Shown one piece after another: positions 18,784 through 28,236 of a stretch of DNA of 64,000 bases. The notes beneath the pieces were generated by a model. The model worked only from the letters and a program-made list of their open reading frames with translations, ran no database searches and was not told the DNA's origin. Location of the stretch: the NCBI GenBank assembly GCA_038327685.1, contig JBBQLH010000002.1:11147-75146 (forward strand), read 5' to 3'. Position numbers and translations under genes: made by a program. Positions within the stretch are counted from its first letter, which is position 1; each line of letters begins with the position of its first letter. Origin of the DNA: Solirubrobacterales bacterium (GTDB taxonomy: Bacteria; Actinomycetota; Thermoleophilia; Solirubrobacterales; Solirubrobacteraceae).

Positions 18784-19880
18784 GGCCCGTAGACCCGCGG
18801 CACGCGGGCGGAGATGCCGCAGGTGACCTCGTAGTTGATCGTGTCGAGACGCCGCGCCACCTCCTCGGCGAGGATCCGCTCACCGCCCTGGGCGCCGATC
18901 AGGACCGCCTCCGCGCCCACCGTGGCGCCCGCCTCGCCGAGGTCGACCGTGATGTTGTCCATCGAGACCGTGCCGACGAGCGGCACGCGGCGGCCCGCGA
19001 CCAGCACCTCGGCGTTGTTGGTCAGCGCGCGGCGGACGCCATCGCCGTAGCCGATCGGCAGCGTCCCGATCAGCGTCGGGCGCTCGGCCACGAAGCGCCG
19101 GCCGTAGCCGCTGCTCTCCCCGGGTCGTGCCGCCTTGACCTCGGCGACGTAGGAGACGAGCGCCAGCGCGGGCTCGAGGCCGTGGTCGGCCGGATCGCCG
19201 TGGAACGGGTCCATGCCGTAGACGGCGATCCCGCAGCGCACGAGGTCGAAGCGGGCGGCGGGCCCGCGCAGCGTCGCCGCCGAGTTCGCGGCGTGGACGA
19301 GGACCTCGGGGTGGGCGACCTGGACCGCGCGCGCCCACGGGGTGAAGAGCTCGAGCTGCTCGGCCATGAAGCCGGGGTCGTCGTCGGCGGTGGCGAAGTG
19401 GGTCATCGCCCCCGCGAGCCGCAGCCCGTCGCGCCCGGCGACCGCCTCGGCGACCCGGCTCGCCTCGCCGGCGTCGCGCGTGCCCAGGCGGCCCATGCCC
19501 GTGTCGAGCTTGACGTGGACACCCGTCCCCTGTGCCTCGGGCAGGGCGGCGAGGCGGTCGACGAAGGCCTCGCGCCAGGCCACGACGTCGGCGCGGGCGG
19601 TGACCGCCACCGAGAGCTCCTCGTCCGACAGCGCCCCCATCACCAGCACGGGCCCCTTGAGCCCGCCCTCCCGCAGCCCGCGCGCCTCCTGCGCCGTCGC
19701 GACGGCGAGCCAGCGCGCGCCTCCCGCCTGAGCCGCGCGGGCGGCCGGGACCATCCCGTGGCCGTAGCCGTCGGCCTTGACCACCGCGCACAGCGCCGCC
19801 GGTCCGGCGACCGCCGCGAGCCGCCGCGCGTTGCGCTCGATCGCGCCCAGGTCGACCCGGGCCTCGGCGCGCACGGGCAT
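18780..19880 (-). CDS. alr: alanine racemase
   Basis: PLP-lysine motif AVVKADGYGHG. Full-length homology pattern. Alternative GTG start at 19892. Confidence 0.9.
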   Translation of the reverse strand: MPVRAEARVDLGAIERNARRLAAVAGPAALCAVVKADGYGHGMVPAARAAQAGGARWLAVATAQEARGLREGGLKGPVLVMGALSDEELSVAVTARADVVAWREAFVDRLAALPEAQGTGVHVKLDTGMGRLGTRDAGEASRVAEAVAGRDGLRLAGAMTHFATADDDPGFMAEQLELFTPWARAVQVAHPEVLVHAANSAATLRGPAARFDLVRCGIAVYGMDPFHGDPADHGLEPALALVSYVAEVKAARPGESSGYGRRFVAERPTLIGTLPIGYGDGVRRALTNNAEVLVAGRRVPLVGTVSMDNITVDLGEAGATVGAEAVLIGAQGGERILAEEVARRLDTINYEVTCGISARVPRVYGP

Positions 19881-19891
19881 CAGTGGAGCCA

Positions 19892-20353
19892 CTACTCCTT
19901 GGTGAGCGCCTCGAGCACGTCGAGGCGGGTCACCACGCCGACCAGCCGGCCGTGCTCGACCACCGGGAGGCGGTTGTGCTTCTTGCGGGCGATCACGCGC
20001 GCGGCCTCCTCGACGCTCGCGCTCGGCTCGATCGTCACCGGGTGCTCGGTCATCAGGTCACCGGCCGTCGAGGCGACGGCCTTGCGCAGTCGCTCCTCGA
20101 AGTGGCTCAGGCGCTCGAGGAAGACGAAGCCGCCGAACAGCTGGAAGTAGTGGGGCAGGTGCAGGTCGGCGTCCTCCCCCGACAGGATCAGATCCGCCTC
20201 GGTGATGATGCCGACGCAGCGGCCGCCCTCGTTGACCACGGCCACGCCGGGCAGCTCGTGCTCGCGCATCACCTCGAGCACCCGCTCGACCGAGTCGGTC
20301 GTTGCGACGCTCGGCGCTTCGGTGTCCATGATGTCCGCGACCGTCAGGGCCAT
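19892..20353 (-). CDS. CBS-domain pair protein
   Basis: 153 aa. Two CBS repeats (GIITEADLIL; GVVTRLDVLE). Confidence 0.8.
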   Translation of the reverse strand: MALTVADIMDTEAPSVATTDSVERVLEVMREHELPGVAVVNEGGRCVGIITEADLILSGEDADLHLPHYFQLFGGFVFLERLSHFEERLRKAVASTAGDLMTEHPVTIEPSASVEEAARVIARKKHNRLPVVEHGRLVGVVTRLDVLEALTKE

Positions 20354-20430
20354 GAGCGCGACCTTAGATGATCGATTCCATGGCCTGCGCGGTTCCTCAG
20401 ACAGCCCCGAGGGGTCGTGGAATCAGTCAT

Positions 20431-21948
20431 CTAGCTCCCAAGCGCGGCGGGCAGCGCTCGGATGACGTCGGAGGCGATCACGCCGTCCGGACCGTCCGGA
20501 GCGGCCGCGATCTGGCCCGCGCGCAGGTGCGCGTAGACGCCGGCGCAGACCGCGTGGGCGGGGGCGAGGCCCTTGGCGAGCATCGCCCCGATCACCCCGG
20601 AGAGCACGTCGCCCGTGCCCGCCGTCGCCAACGCGGGAGCGAAGCCGCGCGAGACCGCCACCCGACCGTTGGGCGTGGCCACCAGCGTGTCGTCGCCCTT
20701 GAGCACGATGATCGCCTTGGCCTTGGCCGCAGCCTCGCGCGCGTACTGGAGCCGGTGACGGCCGATCTCCTTCGAGTCGATGCCGAGCAGCCGCCCGAGC
20801 TCGCCGGCGTGCGGCGTCATCACGGTCGGCCACGGCCGCACGCGCACGAGCTCCTCCATCGCCCCGCCGCCGAGCGCACCGAGGCCATCCGCGTCGACGA
20901 CGAGCGGGACGTCGATGCGCTCCACCAGCTCGCGCGCGAGCTCCTGCGCGCCCTTCTGCTTGCCGAGCCCCGGGCCGAGTACCACGGCGTCGGCGCGGCC
21001 GATCGCCTCGAGGGCGGGCTGCAGCGCGGTCGGCGTCAGCGACCCGTCGCGCTCGGGCAGCCCGACCATCATCGCCTCCAGAAGCCTGACCGTGAATGAG
21101 AGCTCGAGGGATTGGGGCCCGCCGACCGTCACGTAGCCCGCGCCCGCGCGCATCGCCGCCAGCGCGGCCATCGACGGCGCGCCCGTCAACCCGTGCGAGC
21201 CGCCGATGATGAACACGTTGCCGGAGGAGAACTTCGTCGAGCCCGACGTGCGGCGCGGCATCTCGAACAGCACGCCGCCGCCGATCAGCCCGATCTCCGC
21301 CTCGCCGGGCGCGCCGGTAGGGATGCCGATGTCGACGCTCTCGACGATGCCCGCGTGCTCCTTGCCGGGTGAGATCCAGAGCCCGGGCTTCGCCTGGTGG
21401 AAGGTCGCGGTGGCCAGCGCCCGCACGGCCGCGCCCTCGACCTCGCCCGTGGAAGCGTTGACGCCGCTGGGCACGTCGGCGGCGATCACCCGCGCGCGGG
21501 CCGAGTTGATCGCGAGGATGACCGCGTCGGCGGGGTCGCGCGGCGCCCCCTCGAAGCCTGTGCCGAGCACCGCGTCGACGATCGCGTGCGCCTTCTGGAG
21601 CCGGTCGGGGTGGAAGGGCACCGGTGCCGGGCCCGGCAGGACCTTGACCTGGGCCTGGGCATCCTCGCCCATCCATTCGGGCGGCCACACCGCCAGCACG
21701 TCGACATCGCGGCCGGCCTGGCGCAGCAGGCGGGCCGCCACGAGCCCGTCGCCGCCGTTGTTGCCCTTGCCGCAGACGACCGCGATCCGCCCGGCGGGCG
21801 CGTGCTTGCCCACCGCGCGGGCAAGGCCCTCTCCCGCGCGCTCCATCAGCTGGCGGGCGGGGACGCGCTTGGTCTCGATCGCCCACTGGTCGGTCGCGCG
21901 CATCAGCGCGGCGTCGGGGAGCGGCTCCAGCCAGCGCGGGTTCGTCAC
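20431..21948 (-). CDS. nnr: bifunctional NAD(P)H-hydrate epimerase / ADP-dependent dehydratase
   Basis: YjeF_N motif CGKGNNGGDG, then a carbohydrate-kinase-like C-terminal half (GPGLG, GTGDVLSG). GTG start overlaps the acpS stop (GTGA). Confidence 0.88.
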   Translation of the reverse strand: MTNPRWLEPLPDAALMRATDQWAIETKRVPARQLMERAGEGLARAVGKHAPAGRIAVVCGKGNNGGDGLVAARLLRQAGRDVDVLAVWPPEWMGEDAQAQVKVLPGPAPVPFHPDRLQKAHAIVDAVLGTGFEGAPRDPADAVILAINSARARVIAADVPSGVNASTGEVEGAAVRALATATFHQAKPGLWISPGKEHAGIVESVDIGIPTGAPGEAEIGLIGGGVLFEMPRRTSGSTKFSSGNVFIIGGSHGLTGAPSMAALAAMRAGAGYVTVGGPQSLELSFTVRLLEAMMVGLPERDGSLTPTALQPALEAIGRADAVVLGPGLGKQKGAQELARELVERIDVPLVVDADGLGALGGGAMEELVRVRPWPTVMTPHAGELGRLLGIDSKEIGRHRLQYAREAAAKAKAIIVLKGDDTLVATPNGRVAVSRGFAPALATAGTGDVLSGVIGAMLAKGLAPAHAVCAGVYAHLRAGQIAAAPDGPDGVIASDVIRALPAALGS

Positions 21949-22304
21949 GTGCCGACCGTCGCGACCGCGCCGGCCATGGCGCGCGTGTGCGTCAGCGAGA
22001 TCGCGACGGATGCGCCCAGCTCGTCGGCGCGCGCCGCGGCGTGCCCGGAAAGCCGCACCGAGGGCGCGCCTGTCTCTTCGCGGACCACCTCGACGTCGTG
22101 GGGGTTCCATACCTCGAGCGCGAGCGCCTTGACGACCGCTTCTTTGGCGCAGAACCGCGCTGCAAGGTGCATCGCGGGCCTCGGGCGGGCGGCCGCATAG
22201 GCGCGTTCGGACTCAGTGAACAGCCGCGCGGCCAAATGCGGCCGCCGGGCCAGAGCCCGCTCCAGCCGGTCGATCTCGAGAAGGTCGATGCCGACGCTGC
22301 CCAT
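21945..22304 (-). CDS. acpS: holo-[acyl-carrier-protein] synthase
   Basis: MGSVGIDLLEIDR..., FCAKEAVVKA, ISLTH. 119 aa. Confidence 0.88.
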   Translation of the reverse strand: MGSVGIDLLEIDRLERALARRPHLAARLFTESERAYAAARPRPAMHLAARFCAKEAVVKALALEVWNPHDVEVVREETGAPSVRLSGHAAARADELGASVAISLTHTRAMAGAVATVGT

Positions 22305-22513
22305 CCGGACGGCGACTCTATCCGTCCATATGCCCGATCCGCCACTTGCGTCGAATCGCGCACCTCGGCTACTGTCGGCATGCCGGAGGCCAAGCCCGAG
22401 CACACGGATGGGACAGGGCTTTAAACACGGACGGAAAGAGATCTGATGGCCCCCAAGGAAAACGGACGCGGCATGGGCGCACGGTCGCGCGGTTGACGGA
22501 AGTGCGCGCAAAC

Positions 22514-23659
22514 ATGACCTCTCTCCCGCAGCCCGGGTCGCGGCCGGCTCCCTCCTCCCGAGCGCGCGATGCCTTCTTCGCCTCGTTCTCGCGGGAGCTC
22601 CGCTGGTCGCTCGACTGCGAGGGACGGTTCCTGCTCCTGGAGGGTGCCTGGCAGTCGGTCCTCGGATGGCAGCCGGAGCATCTCCATGGCTGGTACTGGG
22701 AGGAGATCGTGCATCCTGCCGACCGCGATCGCGTCAGCCAGATCCTGAGCCGTGTCCGCCAGGGCGCCGGCTGCGAGCGCGACGTCGACGTGCAACTCTC
22801 CCTCCCGGCGGGCGGCTATCGCACGACGTGCTGGTCGTTCGTCGCGGGCACGGGCCCGGACAGCATCCTCGGCCTCGGCCACGACCGCACGGATCCCCCT
22901 GCGGCGATGTCGCGCAAGAACGGCCCCGTCCTACTGGAGCGCCGCAACGCGGAGCTCGCCGCGCGGCTCAGAGAGCTCGAGGAGCGTTACGTGGCGGTCG
23001 AGCGCTTCGCCGGCACAGCCGCCCACCAGCTTGCCGAGCCGCTCGTGATCGCCGAGAGCTCGGCGATCCTCGTGGCCGAAGAGCTCGGCGCAGACCTCGA
23101 CCCGGTGCTCCGCGGCCGACTCGACGCGATCGGCCGCGGCGCAGCTCGCGCCCGTCGTCTGATGGACGCCCTGCTGGCCGACGCGCGGACAGACGGACAG
23201 ACTCTGAAGCTGTGCACGGTTGACGTCGCCGCGGTCGTCGAGGAGATGCTCGCGAGCCTCGACCATCAGGTGCGTGAGCGCAGCGCGACGATCGTCGTCG
23301 GGCGGCTTCCGCATGTCGACGGGGAGCCGGGCTTGCTCTCGGTCGTGCTCGAGAACCTCGTCTCCAACGCGCTCAAGTACGGCCCGCGCAGCGGCGGCCG
23401 TGTGGTGATCGCGGCCGAGCCCAGCCCCAACGGCTGGCGCATCTCGGTCGCCAGTGAGGGCACGCCGATCCCGACCGAGGAGGCCGAGCGGATCTTCCAG
23501 CCCTTCCATCGCGCGTCGGGCGAGCGGCGGGTGCCGGGGGTCGGTCTCGGGCTGACCATCTGCTCGCGGCTCATCGACCGACTTGGCGGGACGATCGGCG
23601 TCCAGCCGGGCGCCGACTCCGGCAACACGTTCTGGATCGAGCTCCCGGCCGCCGCCTAA
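22514..23659 (+). CDS. PAS-domain sensor histidine kinase
   Basis: PAS-like N-terminus, H-box GTAAHQLAEPL, N-box ENLVSNALKYG, G-box GVGLGLTIC. Confidence 0.85.
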   Translation: MTSLPQPGSRPAPSSRARDAFFASFSRELRWSLDCEGRFLLLEGAWQSVLGWQPEHLHGWYWEEIVHPADRDRVSQILSRVRQGAGCERDVDVQLSLPAGGYRTTCWSFVAGTGPDSILGLGHDRTDPPAAMSRKNGPVLLERRNAELAARLRELEERYVAVERFAGTAAHQLAEPLVIAESSAILVAEELGADLDPVLRGRLDAIGRGAARARRLMDALLADARTDGQTLKLCTVDVAAVVEEMLASLDHQVRERSATIVVGRLPHVDGEPGLLSVVLENLVSNALKYGPRSGGRVVIAAEPSPNGWRISVASEGTPIPTEEAERIFQPFHRASGERRVPGVGLGLTICSRLIDRLGGTIGVQPGADSGNTFWIELPAAA

Positions 23660-24378
23660 GCGGCCGTATCCGGGGGCGCTTCGCCTCCGGGAGCACTCCG
23701 CATGCGGTCCGCGGCGATGACGGCATCTTCGCGCGAGCGCACGGCGAGCTTGCGAAGGATGTTCTTCACGTGCGAGCGGACGGTCTCCGTGGAGAGCACA
23801 AGCTCGTCGGCGATGTCGTCGGTCGACTTCGCCGCCTTGAGCAGGTCGATGACCTCCCACTCGCGCGCGGTGAGTGGGCTCTTGACGGGGCGCATGCCCG
23901 ATGAGCCGCTCGGCGTGTCGCGGAGCCGGTCGATCAGCGTCCGCGTCATCTTGCGCGAGATCGCGGCCTCACCGGCCCTGACTCCCTCGAGCGCGCGCGG
24001 CAGCGCGTCGATCTCGAGGTCCTTCGACAGGTACCCGCTGGCGCCGGAGCGCAGCGCCTGGAGACCCAGCTCCTGGTCCTCCTCGCCGGCGCCCGTCAGC
24101 ACGATCACGAGTTGGTCCGGGATCTCCTTGCGAATCTTGCGCGTGGCGATGATGCCGTCCAACTCCGGCATCACCACGTCCATCACGACGACATCGGGCC
24201 GGTAGTAGAGCGTCAGCTCAACTGCCTCGCGCCCATTGCGGGCCTCGGCGACCACGATCACCCCTGCCTTCTGGAGGACGTCCTTGATGACGCGCCGAGC
24301 GAAGGGGTCGTCGTCTGCGACGACCGCGCGCAGGTTCTGGCTTTCCGAGCTCTCGCCGTTCACTTGTTCAATGCCCAC
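23656..24378 (-). CDS. LuxR/NarL-family response regulator (canonical receiver)
   Basis: Receiver residues present (ADDD, VVMDVVMP, LTG, K in YLSKD). C-terminal LuxR HTH (LTAREWEVIDL...STETVRSHV). Confidence 0.9.
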   Translation of the reverse strand: MGIEQVNGESSESQNLRAVVADDDPFARRVIKDVLQKAGVIVVAEARNGREAVELTLYYRPDVVVMDVVMPELDGIIATRKIRKEIPDQLVIVLTGAGEEDQELGLQALRSGASGYLSKDLEIDALPRALEGVRAGEAAISRKMTRTLIDRLRDTPSGSSGMRPVKSPLTAREWEVIDLLKAAKSTDDIADELVLSTETVRSHVKNILRKLAVRSREDAVIAADRMRSAPGGEAPPDTAA

Positions 24379-24647
24379 CGTGGCCGCACTTCCTCCTTAG
24401 ACCGATGAACCTAGCCCATCACCCTGGGACTAGGCAACCTAGGGGACGAACGTGCTAGCCGGGGGAGCCCGCTCCCCCACCGGGTGAGCGGACGTCCCCT
24501 ATACCTTCGTCCAGGGATCTCCCGCCGAGGGCACGCACGTCACCCACGCCCAGAGCGTCGCCTGCCCCGAAGCCGGGGCCAAAGAGTCCCCACGCCGCAG
24601 ACGGAGCTCACCTTCCACCCGCGTTGTTCGCCCTCGAAGGTGGACAC

Positions 24648-24944
24648 GTGGCCCAAGCCCCCCGACAGACCAGCACCGCGCAGCGCCTCGCCGAGCTGCG
24701 TCGAGCGCATCCGCACGACGCGACGCTCCAGAACCTGCTCGCCGTCGTCACCGCCAAGCTCGACCTGAGCGCGCGTCTCCCCGTCTTCGAGTACGAGGCC
24801 GACAGCGAGGGCTTCGCCGACACGGCCTCATTCATGAGCGCCCTCGCCTCGGCGGAGCGCGAGAGCCTGGAGGAAGTCCTGGCTTCGCTGCGTCTCCACC
24901 TTGACCGGACATCCGGGCGCTTCACCCCGGGGGTGTCCTCGTGA
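24648..24944 (+). CDS. hypothetical protein coupled to an atypical receiver
   Basis: GC3-rich 98-codon frame with a GAAGGTGG box upstream of the GTG. Its stop overlaps the next start (GTGA). Confidence 0.45.
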   Translation: MAQAPRQTSTAQRLAELRRAHPHDATLQNLLAVVTAKLDLSARLPVFEYEADSEGFADTASFMSALASAERESLEEVLASLRLHLDRTSGRFTPGVSS

Positions 24945-25348
24945 TCAGCGTCGCACTGGTGGCCGACAGCGGAACCGCGATGGAGGCGATGACGCGCAGC
25001 GTGTCGACGCTGGCGCAGGTCAACATCGTCCGGCACTGCCACGGCCGCGCTCCGATCGCCCGCGCGCTGACCCGCTTCACCCCTGATCTGGTCCTCGTGG
25101 ACGAGATGGGCTGGCCGAAGCTCGCGCTGCAGCGCATCGAGGAGATCCGCAAGACGCTTCCGCAGGCGCGGATCGTCGTGCGTGCCGAGCGGCCCGAGGT
25201 CGGCTGGCTCGCCAACGCGTTGCGGGCCGGCGCCGACGCCGTCGTGCCTGCTACCGCCGGTCCCGAAACGCTCGGGCTGGTCCTTGCCGAGGTTGTCAGC
25301 GAGCGCCTTCTCGACCTCCACGACGATTCCGCACCGGTTGCGGCCTGA
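24941..25348 (+). CDS. stand-alone atypical receiver (REC-like) protein
   Basis: 135 aa with a CheY-like beta/alpha pattern. The acidic pair is reduced to ADSG, LVDEM is kept, and no conserved Lys is visible. Confidence 0.65.
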   Translation: MISVALVADSGTAMEAMTRSVSTLAQVNIVRHCHGRAPIARALTRFTPDLVLVDEMGWPKLALQRIEEIRKTLPQARIVVRAERPEVGWLANALRAGADAVVPATAGPETLGLVLAEVVSERLLDLHDDSAPVAA

Positions 25349-25355
25349 CTGAGGG

Positions 25356-25580
25356 ATGAACGTGCTCCGACATGACACCGCGACGGTCCTGCTGTTCCGG
25401 GACTCTGCATTGCGCAGGCCGATCGACGTCGTCGCGTGGATGAACACGGATGGGCGGCAGACGAGCGAAGCCGCCGACGGCCGCGACAACGTCATCCCGC
25501 TCGGGCGGTTCGCCCGCGCGGCACGCCGCCCAGGTTCCCAGACATGGTCCGACGTGCCCCCGGACGGCGAGGCGGCCTGA
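25356..25580 (+). CDS. hypothetical small protein coupled to an atypical LuxR regulator
   Basis: 74 aa, GC3-rich. Stop overlaps the next ATG. Confidence 0.4.
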   Translation: MNVLRHDTATVLLFRDSALRRPIDVVAWMNTDGRQTSEAADGRDNVIPLGRFARAARRPGSQTWSDVPPDGEAA

Positions 25581-26263
25581 TGGTCATCGTCATCGTCGCC
25601 GACAACGGCTTCGCCGCCGAGGCGATCCGCCACAGCTTCCAAAACACGAGCGGGGTCCGTGTGGCCGGCTATGTGGACGGCCGGCATGCCTGCGGCACAG
25701 CGGTCGCCGGGGCACGGCCCGATGTCGTGATCGTCGATGAGATGACGTGGTCCGCATCCGCGCTCGCCCGCATCTCCGAGATCCGCGCTGCAGCGCCCTC
25801 CGCCAAGATCGTCGCCCTCAGCTCGCAGCCCGGCGCCGGCTTCGTCGAAGAGGCTGCTCGTGCCGGTGCTCACGCGGCGATCGCGAAGACCGTGCAGCCG
25901 GGCACGCTCGCTCTGCTGGTACGCGAGATCTGGGCTGGGAACGTTCATCACGCCTTTGCAGGCGTCCGCGCCTCGGCAGGTCTTGACGGGGAGCACGGAA
26001 CCGACGTGGAGCACGCGAGCCTCACGCCGCGTGAGCTGGAGATCCTCCGGCTCGTCGCCGCCGGTTCCTCGAACGGCCGCATCGCCGGCCAGCTCTGGAT
26101 CACCGAGCAGACGGTCAAGTTCCACCTCTCGAACGTCTACCGCAAGCTCGGCGTCTCCAACCGCACGGAGGCGAGCCACTACGCCCATGTCCATGAGCTC
26201 CTCGATCCCCGTACGGCGGACGCGATCCGCACGCGGCCGGGGTCGATCCGCACCGCGGCGTGA
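25580..26263 (+). CDS. LuxR-family regulator with atypical receiver domain
   Basis: REC-like N-terminus (VADNG, IVDEM, AIAKT) paralogous to 24941-25348. LuxR HTH LTPRELEILRLVAAGSSNGRIAGQLWITEQTVKFHLSNVYRKLGV. Confidence 0.8.
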   Translation: MVIVIVADNGFAAEAIRHSFQNTSGVRVAGYVDGRHACGTAVAGARPDVVIVDEMTWSASALARISEIRAAAPSAKIVALSSQPGAGFVEEAARAGAHAAIAKTVQPGTLALLVREIWAGNVHHAFAGVRASAGLDGEHGTDVEHASLTPRELEILRLVAAGSSNGRIAGQLWITEQTVKFHLSNVYRKLGVSNRTEASHYAHVHELLDPRTADAIRTRPGSIRTAA

Positions 26264-26306
26264 GTCGCCAGATGAGAACCGAAAGCACACGGAAGGGCGG
26301 GAAAGC

Positions 26307-27053
26307 ATGAGGAACGAATCCAACGCCCGGGTCGATGTACTGAGAAGCACGCGCCCGGCACCGACACGGAAGGTCGACGCCAGGATGCCGCAGGAGAATC
26401 TGTACGGGCTCAATCACGCCGAGGACGGCTCCGCCGGCGTTCTATCGGGACGGTTCCGCCGCTCCACCAGCCTGGACGAGAGCGACGCGTGCCGCCGCCG
26501 CGTCGCGCTCGCAGTCGCGCGCGCCAAGCAGGGCGACCGCGAGGCGCTGCGCTACCTCTACATCCAGTACGCCGACAACGTCTACGGCTACGTTGCGAGC
26601 ATCGTCAAGGACGAGCACGAGGCCGAGGACATCACGCAGCTCGTGTTCGCGAAGCTCATGACGGTCCTGCCGAAATACGAGCAGCGCAAGGTCCCGTTCA
26701 CGTCCTGGCTCCTGCGCCTCGCCCACAACGCAGCGCTCGATCACCTCCGCCGCCGGGTGCCGATGCCGGTCGACGAGGTCCGCAGCCCCGAGGAGCGCGC
26801 CGATCGGGGCCCGTCGGACGACGTGCAGATCGTCGGCCAGGCGCTCGCGACGCTGCCCGAGGATCAGCGGACCGTTGTCGTCCTGCGCCATCTCGTGGGA
26901 CTCACGCCAGGCGAGATCGCGGAGCGGCTCGGCCGCTCCGAGAACTCGATCCATGGTCTTCACCACCGCGGTCGCCGCGCGGTCCAACGGGAGCTCCGGC
27001 GTCTCGAGTGCGGCCCCGTGGTGGCCGGTGAGCAGGAGCGCCTGGCGGCCTGA
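26307..27053 (+). CDS. ECF-type sigma-70 family sigma factor
   Basis: Region 2 (EAEDITQLVFAKL, FTSWLLRLAHNAALDHLRR) and region 4 (LPEDQRTVVVLRHLVGLTPGEIAERLGRSENSIHGLHHRG). Alternative start at 26385. Confidence 0.85.
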   Translation: MRNESNARVDVLRSTRPAPTRKVDARMPQENLYGLNHAEDGSAGVLSGRFRRSTSLDESDACRRRVALAVARAKQGDREALRYLYIQYADNVYGYVASIVKDEHEAEDITQLVFAKLMTVLPKYEQRKVPFTSWLLRLAHNAALDHLRRRVPMPVDEVRSPEERADRGPSDDVQIVGQALATLPEDQRTVVVLRHLVGLTPGEIAERLGRSENSIHGLHHRGRRAVQRELRRLECGPVVAGEQERLAA

Positions 27054-27107
27054 CGACGGGGAGTTACGGGATCGCAACCGACGACGGGGAGTTACGGGAT
27101 CGCAACC
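27052..27107. repeat. perfect 28-bp tandem duplication at a convergent gene junction
   Basis: gacgacggggagttacgggatcgcaacc occurs twice (27052-27079, 27080-27107). The unit contains the stop and last codons of the minus-strand gene. Confidence 0.95.
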
Positions 27108-28093
27108 TCCGCGCCCGCCCCAACCGAGAGCCGGATCGCCTGCGGGATGCGGAAGTCGCGCGTGACGCGCGCGTCGGGGCCGATGAGGCTTCCTTCGATG
27201 CGGGTACCTACAAAGCGCAGCTGGGCGCGGTCGAGGACGATGGAATGCTCGATCTCGACGCAGTCGATCTGGACGTCGGCTCCGATCGATGTGTACGGCC
27301 CGATGTACGCATTCGTGATGCATGCCCGCGGCCCGATTGCCACCGGGCCGCGGATGACGCTGTCGTGAACCTCGGCGGACGGATCCAGCGCGACTCGCCC
27401 CTGGATCTCGGAGCCGAAGACGCGCTCGCCGCGTTGGTCGCCGGCCATGACTTCCAGCATCCGTCTGTTTGTCGCCAGCAGCGCGTCGGTGCCGCCCCGG
27501 AGGGGCAGGCAGGCCTCGACATCCCGTTCCTGGATGCGCGCGCCGGTCGCTCGGAGCCGCGCGAGCGCGGCGCCGAGCGGAGCGGCCTGCCGACGAAGAT
27601 CCGGGTAGATGCCGGCACCGATGAGGTAGAAGTCGAGCGAGCGCGCGCGATCGGGCTCTGGTCGGGACCAGTGCCCTGCGTGCATCACGAGGGCATCGAG
27701 CTCGTGGTCTGCGAACTGCTCGCGGAGCGTCGAGAGGTTCTCGTGAAGCAGGATGTCACCGTGCTGCAACAGCACCGGCGCCGACCCGATGAAGTCGGCC
27801 ACTGCGGAGGACGACAGGATGCTCTCCGACGGCGACTCCTCGACATAGCGGACGTCGAGGTCCCAGGCCGAGCCGTCGCCGACGGCTTCACGGATGCCGG
27901 CGTTCGACCGCCGGTCGCAGACGATCGCGGTCTCGCCGATGCCGGCTGCCGACAACGCCTCGAGGTTGTGGAAGAGCACCGGCTTATTCGCGACCGGCGC
28001 GAGGTGCCGTGTGGATAGTCCCAAGCTGGGCCACGGCTCCGGGCCCCGGCGCTCCGTCGCCAGGACGACGGCCTTTGCGATGTTCATGGTCAC
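27092..28093 (-). CDS. long-form glucose-1-phosphate thymidylyltransferase-like protein with degenerate active-site motifs
   Basis: Collinear with long RmlA-type enzymes (APVANKPVLFHNLEAL, left-handed beta-helix tail). The G-G-x-G-T-R-L loop reads ATERRGPEPW. Confidence 0.7.
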   Translation of the reverse strand: MTMNIAKAVVLATERRGPEPWPSLGLSTRHLAPVANKPVLFHNLEALSAAGIGETAIVCDRRSNAGIREAVGDGSAWDLDVRYVEESPSESILSSSAVADFIGSAPVLLQHGDILLHENLSTLREQFADHELDALVMHAGHWSRPEPDRARSLDFYLIGAGIYPDLRRQAAPLGAALARLRATGARIQERDVEACLPLRGGTDALLATNRRMLEVMAGDQRGERVFGSEIQGRVALDPSAEVHDSVIRGPVAIGPRACITNAYIGPYTSIGADVQIDCVEIEHSIVLDRAQLRFVGTRIEGSLIGPDARVTRDFRIPQAIRLSVGAGAEVAIP

Positions 28094-28236
28094 CTAACGG
28101 ACGGGGGCCGCGTGCGCGTTCGCCGCGCCCGCCGTCCGGCGGTGGAAAAACGGCCCGGCGGCACGTTTCGCCGTGACCTGGGGCGCGATCGCCCGAAGTT
28201 CACGGCCCGCCGCTCCGTTGGTTGTGGGATCGATCG

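Noticed and set aside
24464-24481. GC-rich palindrome gggggagcccgctccccc, considered as a terminator
   Set aside because: It lies in a divergent promoter region between two gene starts and has essentially no loop. It is more likely chance GC-rich symmetry or an operator, and no claim can be supported.
24648-25580. The two small-ORF/larger-ORF overlapping pairs, considered as toxin-antitoxin modules
   Set aside because: The second gene of each pair is clearly a receiver-domain protein, not a toxin fold. The small ORFs show no similarity to each other or to antitoxin DNA-binding motifs that I can recognise.
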